Part shown: piece by piece, positions 40,101-46,211 of the stretch | Numbering within the stretch: the stretch's first letter is position 1 | Layout: each line of letters opens with the position of its first letter | From: a virus | IMG/VR virus record: IMGVR_UViG_3300027659_000027 | Location: 1-64,000 of that record | Length of the DNA stretch: 64,000 bases | Reading direction: 5' to 3' (one strand) | The notes under the pieces: generated by a model | What the model saw: only the letters and a program-made list of their open reading frames with translations | Told to the model about the DNA's origin: nothing | Database searches by the model: none | Program-made: the position numbers and the translations under genes

Positions 40101-40768
40101 CCTGTATTTTTAAAGCCACCTTTGTACCCTAAGAAGCCGTATACCCCCACCTTTGGGGCTGATGCAGGTTTCTTATTCTTCTTGTTCTGCTCTGCCCAGT
40201 AAAGTTCTCCTTCAGTCCTGGGTCTGGTAGCCTCGTGCTCCTCGTTCTGCACAAGGGCCTTATCGAGTATAGCCTTACGTTGTACCTGTGAGCTGTTGTC
40301 AGCTCCTGTGTAAACATCCTTTCCTGTTGCCAGTGATATGATCCTGCTCTCAGCGGATATGACGTAGTCGGTACCGTTGTACTCCACAGTACTTAAGTTA
40401 CCCTCTACTCTTACGTTCTTTGCATCGGGAGTACCAGAGTAATTAGTTCCCTCCATGGTGATAAGCTGAGCTTTACCGGAAGGGTTAATGCCCTTGAGGA
40501 TGTATCGTGTATCCTTGTACACAATCAGCGCACCCGGTGTAAGGGTAAGGTTATCCTCAGATACCCGAGATTGTGGGGTTACGTTCTTTCCTCTCATCAC
40601 TTGAGCCATAGTAGGCTCTCCGTTCACATCGAACTCGGTATACTCTGCCATGTGTGCAGTGGCGTAGTTCCACATCCTGGCCGTTACATCAGGGCCATAC
40701 TGTTGCAGCAATGCTGCGGCTAAAAGGGACTTCTCGTTGTTAGGAGCAAGATAGTTACAAACTGCCAT
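28103..40768 (-). CDS. Virion-packaged DNA-dependent RNA polymerase (crAss-type, 4221 aa) with accessory domains
   Basis: ARIPNQG (~35150-35180), QMGADFDVDKL catalytic motif (~35036-35070), TDAQ, YIKSS, AAVDNAK; zincin HEMLH (~32300). Confidence 0.93.
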   Translation of the reverse strand: MAVCNYLAPNNEKSLLAAALLQQYGPDVTARMWNYATAHMAEYTEFDVNGEPTMAQVMRGKNVTPQSRVSEDNLTLTPGALIVYKDTRYILKGINPSGKAQLITMEGTNYSGTPDAKNVRVEGNLSTVEYNGTDYVISAESRIISLATGKDVYTGADNSSQVQRKAILDKALVQNEEHEATRPRTEGELYWAEQNKKNKKPASAPKVGVYGFLGYKGGFKNTGKGTPTGDHKDMAMRGVAQGAIVELSKTTPSSSLTSLREYPSLHEEGKAKYSVSNEAAPPEVMMLARNGSLKGKPLHDDTKAVIESFYKEGVKFVVGDMPDVDSQFIDYLVEIGATFTIYHTGDAPRVTVKAEKEKEEAEPSPAEYLHKEIRVIGESVSSRKGVRMDAESMEAEIRDLIAEAKANPTTEYHIPYQSLNDKHRFENGYTAIEMALMFESVGESAPNITFSDSFLETFNAQPSRYAADFTIEDQIARMLQNMRGTAMKQQLNQLFVPIMNAEGKQIGNFTTEKQIAAVDTAMWFVYKIVTKFPGTKISEAFQQTMYRMKVQADKFRADGKTEQADSIMEVLNSFAFDQAKGVQSIAGLVIQNLERYGLGVKNTKAVLKGLEYAAKRIIDGKVTTQLTEDLLVVDGSVDMKMKDDSEDEFSLEEGTALRDYNDMVFELDPRDTASWKLKLFMANVEDTSYEPGSEVPIKVLNHLGFPKMLNFDDTYEKVMGLLADSKRDFASYDAKLRTAAKTNPMYLTVARMLKEADQSQRNEFVKVMSTHYQQFLMMTFNSIKQDDGTFRWILNPFEANRSSQVQHMIKGWQEAQKNSAIMKVVGGERVMDVEKVQGKYASWVRVFDMMLNKYPTLVDIMGNKNNSEEKINDAREALGVLGAEMAEQLKAADPNVDFVAFTKDPLAHMKVFVAEFMALNGIEFTPAMLEDLFDNIATRTKNTRYQTATMAGQFAFDKYGVPTGMFSSMVWKAAGWNKNYDQQTSMIGDESERRAGTVSNPLYTDGTAVKILARVAAAHTDLLTSPSHRNSEGKTIYDYSLNNALSLRMKELLPETQTEFDAMYEEMSKVHFAKNNFLLNTWKAGNREAAGMMMMDGLRRVGTTKGIVRTAMSDREQMLMAIGLFQNRNKDTAHYMSLTHSDKTMTPVFTNFPKVVTGGASTLNDNAFEAVENVFLAEWERIRQHWNVTFDHGQYNIGKKLFFTLPQFNYEAMVETMNAGTVMNFGDTGAPRAMTEKDIATLWVGEGNNREITNDIGDKAKKVISAMLNHFIEEMTMDTVAKWEDAGITNKSKATYSFDSSYVKKLMENSSYNNIKKSKGKWTIDGEEMGKREIYDMVVKTAARDLSLNYFLVNTSMAQLAYGDPAQAAKFKDSQLEQNTKGEKVLKAGQSLTLVNATYQEYSKRLAKDIAPGQDMAWEDTKYNTITIADVVTDENYIDRFTENSKLQKAYKEVDATDAQELTTVREHLKMLFAGGKIQEALYKEMMVIVEEGEKKPDGYYEFEKADHIAVIMQPAKPVFVAMRPEDRGTKFHDYIKSSSYPLYPPLTKNFEIDGLRRDMEKHGIARAPHGSSKKLGNPTTQMVLFSPEGKYLGGNFDDKQWKDSIHVLDRGGLRIQQEIPYDETKEAIKTLSQMNKLITESLAALPGAEFNVGGRMMNAAALRKYKESIRMDLINRNFEKFAKEMNYKDGEVVDKTKVLERLIQEARDRGFSENEISALVYRNDKGELEIPLMFSSAAEKFESTLMSMIKTIVDVKMPGKSYVQAASVGYVGKNKMRQMQELTEEERGGIVYANGYDASTPLKTMEVLEDGTVIPAQVIAPFTFTIQDETGKWVPANIKDYLLEDGKTLDMKKVPVELLQLVGARIPNQGHNSMLAIEIVGFTPASMGDLMIVPSAITKQMGADFDVDKLYTYKRPYKMVDGKFVVDTFTGAPTDNADRTRETSIKQFFAKLHGIEAIEDVPANLVETPELESKIDTFHAERLSKLAALPKPTDAQLKGQYFDVHWAVLTHKDVYNKVLNPLDKKDIKNENTLLKPKESGFNNYFNVTTQLSDFQSGKYAKTLVGLTSLSVTFNSVIQDKALELGNKEAVYDTEGNFVGTKDKPFSITLHKEDGTPIHLNKLSGYATSLYKNSKGEYEVRTKHDNLTTLQSAAVDNAKDRSLDNLNLTPDTYKAVAALMMLESSDGKPEAVDLRYATRMLTSPVIRKFSRLMADGNDSLSEVFEPDLKKSVIEKLKRPLIMKVLSGEEAGDYNEDELDYVTKKVLSEFKLTPESLLAEVNRPTDKGQLAILLTFEKLDRAGTRMTELQSIFNQDTKGAGPGFLAAADKVTKYQNLFNDKIETGILGEVELANGTEQAKTFSTVMYTAVNLVGQFFPYQSLVPNKEKNSLFDRLRAETGKTQLPIDLQKQVIKSMRSYVYSSIHTLWPDASGERLRLMYNIHGPSLAQRVAQAKLTWGATSYFMQRLDPQIGFTSQSPDFVGFNSAKAATYDENMNVSSFMEMLSSTDRDVKILAEDLIRYAYLSSGNMDASSFLSKIPLSYLIDSEFTRQLRVAEENINIYGNSSTFMEQFFQHFPDSAMQVDDSVFHADSVTFDEVFSLSPIDFKGYPSNIEHKRMVIADSKGDYAYPMYLSYNSSADGKRILYKRSGFGTYKRIDTLGNTNTDEYNGAVSGARSIFQENRAAAVKIAPTNPIAALTQQVNDLTESMENKENAYENFGMPKEGGGIEVAHQMLSAVANDDRMPESLRTVARVLGSTSEIDFAYDGLRATFADATPENFEVAYEATKDMDGTYDLNKSRLTLNKANGDRNSAAETLLHEMLHHRTRGLVMMSGFSPAIYRNITAAQKAAVIARIGEFNNKYPEVEKILGKLDSIRYQALVELRARVILEQGEEAFAKIMTDVANNEITTDDHLNLYALSSVDELISYSLTNKKVAAFLNTVQVKGERTLMEAIWDALTAVLDSIARTLGVEVRDGSALKEAITLSLKLATLNSNRDTTVRVQTAIEQDTTLEFETERYANTIKDVLEESYNKEVKISSEGTHIVMKSAFKHGLAPTAPVRTDVQKIIDKLEVQEKELNALANRVNTTTDEGKKLYQNIKAKRREVSEDINKLLHENQLEAVSEVGIKQLAWAKSIIAKDSPTPQEIMVAMNILDIWSTVIDLVYGGETDVASYNAELGELMRDARGLRSGEFAGKAQEVFTRMAGNYDIALSPEDYDKSLKEMFSGTQLFLTLARAESKLTATIGVLGTIAAENSDGEIRKYATRLEALKTKMEELVGQRGLPGLYKEFMQENKDDTAHGFVQRYSPEWFSHINKLESTLEYRLEEAKGIKDPDKRREASAAVYARYWKALSTAAVFVDTRIFFDIETGEAMSGTTVDTEMAYLVQQVGSEEHAQELIEEAGEQYKKYLDAKEAAFLNFEANELTEEEKAAVVLTAEELLLAPQEQYDIRTTRENELLEKMIQAEKDKWDSYESPNLFFESKLANNSTSGFGSSRFTVKAPRLSNDAFYDAKHKAIMATANKDATVITKAAIFEEFIAIRDELLDGLPTHVTDKMDTSFLPSVTAEVTASLMGKIGQLKPKSLLNRGFMASTVSHYEKNYKTNKDEIPLAFINTGKSYNLKEEELLRRQEQVAGWSKNLLHTMEQFSRMAIRHKHMSKHLDTVNVGEALIKSINKARLEDPEKGPALTKTIEAIEFMKKSVFFGNDKQAQAVSNEAIYSSSRKEHKKLSNEIKDLIEEREKLWEKMKGGVEVMTIEEDDRLTKIEERIEEITASGRYFAGSKAADMLISFNQLRALAFNPFAAITNFTFGMISVMIHANGRMDYTNKTARQAMHEMRHAQHKWLTFGAFGQDKAAAKIFNLMLRMNLINEVQSSLHGESNIDTMKKKSIAKAVMPLNWQLSGDYFTKGMMMIAMMKHKMVKVTEDGVEKEISLWDAHNSEGDWNAERFGIDDTWQSEDADKQKSWVKFRTKTKAVSTLVFGNQDANSKLMARKNVMWRMIGQFRMSWLPEGIATRFQDKRFDVRLDRDVKGRYRTIADLGILNSGFVLIKQVLSALPGVSLDAFADVKDRKREPISDMDKENMRKNLSGIAFTIGFLTAILTMKALLSPDEEEKKRRRRAGLSSTPAELRMFVNLLTRNYQDLTLYASPDVFDTVLGNPVPCLTVVTDAFKLLKASAKLLGDDPKRYEKLWKRTAKLGPGLSNISKFDYMTSKDLMDIGH

Positions 40769-40788
40769 AGGATAGTGGGGTTATAGGG

Positions 40789-43700
40789 TTAGATACATCT
40801 TGAGAACGGGTTGTAGCCTGCTGCAATGTAAGGTATGCCTAATCGTTGCATGTCCTCGAACACCTCAGCTACTGTCTTCCCGTTGTGATTACTTGCGGGT
40901 GTAAAGTTATACTTATCCTGCAGACTTTTCATGGACACGGCAGTACCAGCAGTTTCATCCTGACCAACTACGTTCTCAATCTTCACTGGAGGTCGCTCTG
41001 TAGTCTTACCGGTGATCCAGTCGTCTGTCTCTATAGCCATCGACTCAGCGTGACTTACAGTGGACTGCTCTGTGCCTGGTAGTGCAAGCGTGGTATCCAC
41101 AGCCTGTACATCAGGGGTGTTAAGAATTTCCTTGACATCAAGGGTGATGGCCGGGTGAACTGTATAAATATGCTTACCGTCCACCACATTGGTGCCCACC
41201 ACGTTGGTCTTGGTGTTCGCCTTTATAAAGTCGTTGTAGCTATCGTGGTCGGTGAATGCCCACACGCCATCAGCTCTGAATATAGGAGCGGTGAACTTGC
41301 CCGGTGTGTTGATACCAATAAGCTTAACTCCGTCCTTATCCTTTTGGAAGTTGACGTTCTTGTACCTGCCTCCTATACCCGCAAGCAACTGGCTCACGAA
41401 TTTCGGATCCAGTTTGCCGTTAATGAGCTTGGCATGGTTCGGGCGTCTTCCAGTGTAGGTAGTACCTATCTTGATGTTGCCACGGGTCTGTCCCTCTACA
41501 GCATCCTCGATCTTGAACAGGAATTCCGATACTGTCTTCTCTCCATCAGAGCGCTTACTTGCAGCTATTGTTGAGTCGTTGAAGTGAGTGTGGGTGTACG
41601 TGAAGTACTGGTTGATGAAATTGCGTAGCCCCTCTGTCGTGAGTATGTCAATCTTCGTACGTGCCTTAACGTCTGCAGCTTCCTTCTTGTACTGAGCCTG
41701 AGACTCAGCCGTGTCAGAGGTTGCTCCGATGTATATCTCAATTGCCCTCACTATGGTGTTAAAGTCACCCTGGCTTCCTTTCTCGTCCCAGATCTTGCGA
41801 GCCATCAGCGGAGCAAGTACGTACTCACCATTGTACCCCGGCAGCAATACCACCGGTAGGTTATCATAGTCCGTGTACCTCCTGCTATCGCCTTTGTTGA
41901 CGGTCTTGTCGGTCAAGTGCCCTTGCCTTTCGTATACGTTACCCCCTTTTTTAATGATGGCCAGTGTGAGGGAACTTTCTTCTGGAAATCTTGGTAACAG
42001 CTTAGCAGTAGACTCCCACTGAATGCGGGCCGTCTCTGTGTTCAGGTTAGGCACATTATTAAGGATAGCTGTTCCTGCTCCTACTGTATCAATGGTGGTA
42101 CCAATTGACCCACGTCCTTTGTTATGAGCTTCAGCCACAGCCTTACGTACCGCCATCATTTGTTCTTTCTGTATGGCCATGTTGTCTGTTACGTTGCCTT
42201 CGGCATCCTTTATCTCGCCTTGTACATTCGTATACTTCTCTGCTCCCTCAGTACCAGGCATCTGTGCTGTAACCCAGCCCATACGTGGTAACCATCCGAG
42301 GATCTCCCCGTCTTCAGTCATTATCTTGATGGGCACATCGCCCAGCTTTGTCAGGTCATCCATGTCCACATCGTTGGTGACTGTCAGGAAGTCTTTGCTG
42401 CTGGCTTGTTTCTTGAGTGGCTTACCGTACTCGTCAAGTACCAGATCATCATCATAGTTCTGTACTCCGGAGAAGTTGGTATCTATGGCCAGTATCACTT
42501 TAGTTCCTATCGTTAACCCTTTCGGCTTGATCATACGCGTGTTGGCGTGCTCGTTAATCCTGTCCACAAGCGAGTAGGTTCTGTAAGCTTTACGCACGGG
42601 GTCAAAGAAACGCACGTACTCAAGAGCCAGTGTGTTTATCTTGATCACTTTCTCTGTCTTACGGCCAATGGTCTTCACACCATCTTCTTCCTCAGTGGTG
42701 TCAATGCCTACCTTGCTTAATACAAGAGAGTCCGCTTCACCGGTCATGCCGGCTGGGTCTACATCCTTTCCATCATCTTCAATTGATGTTTCCACTATCT
42801 TGCTCACTATATGGTTCACGGCAGTTATGTGCACATCATTGTCGTTGGTGGCATTCTCGATTACAGTGGATGCTTCAAAGGCTCTAACCGCCTCGATGTA
42901 CTCTCTCATGGCCAACATAATCTGCCCACCGAGTTGTGTGTCGACGCTGTCTTTCAGAAAGTCAAGGCTAACTTTATCCCCAGTCTGCTTCACCCGCTGC
43001 TCCTCAGCAACGAGCTTGTTCTGGATGGCAACAGGTGCAAGCTTCATGGCGAACTCATAAGCTTTAAGCTTAGCTTCTACCACTGGAAGTAGTTGCGCTG
43101 ACTGAACAACAGGGGACTGAGCCACCATCGGGTCCTCCATATTATCGATGTCTTTAGTTTTCTCCTGAGTCACGTCTACCTCTTCCTCTGAGGTTCCATC
43201 AGCATTTGTATCGTTAACCGGTGATGCAGATCTTTTATTATTGTACCCTTCTCGTATCCTTGCAACCACAGCAGTAGTTTGAGCTATGTTTGCAACGAGG
43301 TTATCGAACAAGGTTTCTACCCGGATTAACTCTTCCTTTACCCTGGCAAGCCTGGTTTCTGCATTCTCCTTGTTATCCTTCAGTTGATGCCACCTGTTCA
43401 CCCCTTTCTGCGTGGTGTTGTACACTATGCCATTCCTCAGGAAGGTATTCAGTTCAGCGTTAATCTGCTCAATGTTCTCTGTAAGTTTTACCTGTTCTTG
43501 TTGCAGGGCTTTTAACTCAACTACGTAATCATTACGTAGTCTATTCTTTGTACGAAGAAGCTGCTCTTCGGTAGCCACATAGTTCTTTTGGCGCTTAAGA
43601 TCTTCAAGTTTAGCGGCTTCTCTTTCAGCTACTGTTTTCTTAACCATCTCACGATGCAGTGCTTCTGACTTCTTTACCATAGCTCTGGTACCTTTCTCAC

Positions 43701-46206
43701 TCTTTAGTTCCAACAGAGCTGCAGACCCTTCCTTGTACTCATTGCGCTGCTCCTCAAGGAATGCCTCAAGAGCTAAGCGGTCTTTACCAAGCTGATGTTT
43801 TTTCCCAACAGCTTCGGTTAAGTCCTCAAACTTTTTGTCTGGGTTGGCCTGAGCCCACTCATTGTACCCGGTTGTATTGTATAGCACATCTTGTGACTCC
43901 TTTACCTTGGCCTCAGCAAACCTGTGACGACGAATCAACACTTGTTCAAGTTTGGCAACAGCACCAAGTTCTGAATCTTCTTCCATCCCAAGAATGTGGT
44001 ACTTCTTTATGAGGTTGTTCACTACAGCTTTTGCTGCAGCGTCATTAGGGTTTGCTTGTAGTGCAGTCTTGGCGTCACGTAAAAGTGCGGCCTGCTCTGC
44101 ATATCTGTTCTGTGTTTCTATAGCTACCTGTTCAGCTTCACTGCTGCGAATGATTTCTTTGTTGTAACCGGTTACATCGCTGGAGGCGTCAATCAGTACA
44201 TCCTCTTCGGATTTTAGCTCCAATGCTTTCTGCTCCAACCTCTTGATGCGCTTGTCCATAGAGTACAAAGTCATCTCCCTTGAACTAATAGCATCAGCTA
44301 CCCGCTGTACTGCAGGGTTATCCTCACGACCATACTTCTGCTGTATCTTGGCGTGGATCTTTTCCAGGTCTGACAGGGAAGAGATAGCGGTCTCTGCTTT
44401 CTTCTTGTACTCATTATCATCCATGTCCTTGGCAAGACCCAGCCGCATAGCCTCAGTAACATCACCGGCTTTCTCGTACTTGGCTTGCAGAGCATCTCTT
44501 TGTACAATAGCAGCTTCTTTATCAGGGCCGTCTTCCATTGCGTCAATGCCATCGTTCATAGCTTCTATCTGTGGAAGCATGGCTGCTCTCTCAGGAGTTT
44601 TGTTGTCTGCTTTAGCCATCTCTCGGAATGTCTCGGCGTAATTGCCTGCCATTCCCATGTGTACTGCATTGTAGTTGTTAGCGTCCAGCAGGTCATCCTG
44701 TATGGCTTCTGCACGATCGTGCTGTCCGGCAGCTCTTGCTATACCCATTGCTGCCTTAGCCTTCTCAATAGAGTCTATATCGCTTATGATGGCATCCTTC
44801 ACGTTATTAAAGTACAGCCTGTCATGGTACTTGCCTTTGTTACGGGCAGATACTCTTTGGGTTTCGTATATCTTGTTGCCGGCTGCATCCTTCTCACCAG
44901 TCTCAATTGCCTTACCGTTGTCGTCCATCTTGGTAACTTTGTGGAGAGCGATGTTGTCAATGATGCTCGATTGAGCAACACCACCAACTGCACCGAGTGC
45001 AAAAGATAGAGCCCCTTCCTTGTCCATAGTCCGCTCGAAGTAATGAGATAGTTCCCCAAACTGGTCAAATAGCCCCTTTGTACGTGCTGTTTTTGTCTTG
45101 TCGTCCCATGACTGGCCAAGGGCTTCACCGGTTCTCTCAGCGAATAAGTTAGTAAGTTCTTCTATACCTTCCCCACCTGAGGACTTCAAGTAATGCATGG
45201 CGCCTTGGTTCTTAAGTACCTGCTTGGCTATCGCTTTGTCAGCTATATTGGTACCTGTGCGAATTCTCTTTCCAAAATCTTCAAGCGTTTCCCCGGCAGC
45301 CTGGCCACCTTGCTTTTCCCAAAACTTACGTATTAGGTTCTCGTTCTTATGAGCGAACGCTCCACTTAACATCTCCATGTTCAGAAACGTATTGAGCACG
45401 GTATTTAACTGTACGGTTGTGGCAGCTGACTGTGAGGCTGTATGCTTGGCTAATGCGTCTGCTTCCTCCAAACTCTTACCTGCACGAAGGTGGTTTTTAA
45501 GTTGGGTATCGTAAGTCTTATCGTAGATACTCTTACCCATCATCGCTCCCTCGGTATAAGCCAAGGCTCCAGAGGTCAGTATCTCCACTCCTTTGTTTAC
45601 AGCTGCCATGGTCTTCCTGCCGGCATTAAGTGCCTGAGCCCCTTTACCTATTGTACCAAACAGTTTGGCAAGTCCTATACCTTGTACAGCAAAAGACCCT
45701 GCACTTACTGCAAGGCCTTGAATGTTCTGTGTCCACCAGGCAGCGTCACCAAATGCGAATGTGTCATTGCTTTTTCTGTACATTGGGAACCACTCTTCAT
45801 CAATCTTTCGGGTAGCCTCTTTGGCCCACTCAGTCATAGGGTTTGAATAATCTCTGTCATCGCCAAACTCACTAAGTGCAGCGCCCATATATCCTATGCC
45901 CTCTACAAGAGAAGTACCAAACTTGGGTAGTAACCCCGCAAGCATGTTAACCCACTTATCGCCAGCAGACTGCGCTGCACCACGACGTAAGTTTGGGTCT
46001 CCCTGGTTTTCATACAGGCCACCTTTAAGGTAACCGTTGTACTCCGCAGGATCGTAATGACTCACCCTTGTAGAACTGTTGGGATTGTCAGCAAGACCAC
46101 TCATTGGAGCAGGTTTACCTTTAGGAAGTGGTGGCTTAACTGGATCCGGGTCTCCAGCTCCTTTACCACCATCGTATATGTCATTCAACTCCTCGAAGTC
46201 TTTCAT
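40789..46206 (-). CDS. Large ejection/cargo protein (1805 aa)
   Basis: Directly upstream of the vRNAP; N-terminal hydrophobic helices, EGIEE motif, long coiled coil. Confidence 0.75.
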   Translation of the reverse strand: MKDFEELNDIYDGGKGAGDPDPVKPPLPKGKPAPMSGLADNPNSSTRVSHYDPAEYNGYLKGGLYENQGDPNLRRGAAQSAGDKWVNMLAGLLPKFGTSLVEGIGYMGAALSEFGDDRDYSNPMTEWAKEATRKIDEEWFPMYRKSNDTFAFGDAAWWTQNIQGLAVSAGSFAVQGIGLAKLFGTIGKGAQALNAGRKTMAAVNKGVEILTSGALAYTEGAMMGKSIYDKTYDTQLKNHLRAGKSLEEADALAKHTASQSAATTVQLNTVLNTFLNMEMLSGAFAHKNENLIRKFWEKQGGQAAGETLEDFGKRIRTGTNIADKAIAKQVLKNQGAMHYLKSSGGEGIEELTNLFAERTGEALGQSWDDKTKTARTKGLFDQFGELSHYFERTMDKEGALSFALGAVGGVAQSSIIDNIALHKVTKMDDNGKAIETGEKDAAGNKIYETQRVSARNKGKYHDRLYFNNVKDAIISDIDSIEKAKAAMGIARAAGQHDRAEAIQDDLLDANNYNAVHMGMAGNYAETFREMAKADNKTPERAAMLPQIEAMNDGIDAMEDGPDKEAAIVQRDALQAKYEKAGDVTEAMRLGLAKDMDDNEYKKKAETAISSLSDLEKIHAKIQQKYGREDNPAVQRVADAISSREMTLYSMDKRIKRLEQKALELKSEEDVLIDASSDVTGYNKEIIRSSEAEQVAIETQNRYAEQAALLRDAKTALQANPNDAAAKAVVNNLIKKYHILGMEEDSELGAVAKLEQVLIRRHRFAEAKVKESQDVLYNTTGYNEWAQANPDKKFEDLTEAVGKKHQLGKDRLALEAFLEEQRNEYKEGSAALLELKSEKGTRAMVKKSEALHREMVKKTVAEREAAKLEDLKRQKNYVATEEQLLRTKNRLRNDYVVELKALQQEQVKLTENIEQINAELNTFLRNGIVYNTTQKGVNRWHQLKDNKENAETRLARVKEELIRVETLFDNLVANIAQTTAVVARIREGYNNKRSASPVNDTNADGTSEEEVDVTQEKTKDIDNMEDPMVAQSPVVQSAQLLPVVEAKLKAYEFAMKLAPVAIQNKLVAEEQRVKQTGDKVSLDFLKDSVDTQLGGQIMLAMREYIEAVRAFEASTVIENATNDNDVHITAVNHIVSKIVETSIEDDGKDVDPAGMTGEADSLVLSKVGIDTTEEEDGVKTIGRKTEKVIKINTLALEYVRFFDPVRKAYRTYSLVDRINEHANTRMIKPKGLTIGTKVILAIDTNFSGVQNYDDDLVLDEYGKPLKKQASSKDFLTVTNDVDMDDLTKLGDVPIKIMTEDGEILGWLPRMGWVTAQMPGTEGAEKYTNVQGEIKDAEGNVTDNMAIQKEQMMAVRKAVAEAHNKGRGSIGTTIDTVGAGTAILNNVPNLNTETARIQWESTAKLLPRFPEESSLTLAIIKKGGNVYERQGHLTDKTVNKGDSRRYTDYDNLPVVLLPGYNGEYVLAPLMARKIWDEKGSQGDFNTIVRAIEIYIGATSDTAESQAQYKKEAADVKARTKIDILTTEGLRNFINQYFTYTHTHFNDSTIAASKRSDGEKTVSEFLFKIEDAVEGQTRGNIKIGTTYTGRRPNHAKLINGKLDPKFVSQLLAGIGGRYKNVNFQKDKDGVKLIGINTPGKFTAPIFRADGVWAFTDHDSYNDFIKANTKTNVVGTNVVDGKHIYTVHPAITLDVKEILNTPDVQAVDTTLALPGTEQSTVSHAESMAIETDDWITGKTTERPPVKIENVVGQDETAGTAVSMKSLQDKYNFTPASNHNGKTVAEVFEDMQRLGIPYIAAGYNPFSRCI

Positions 46207-46211
46207 AGTGG

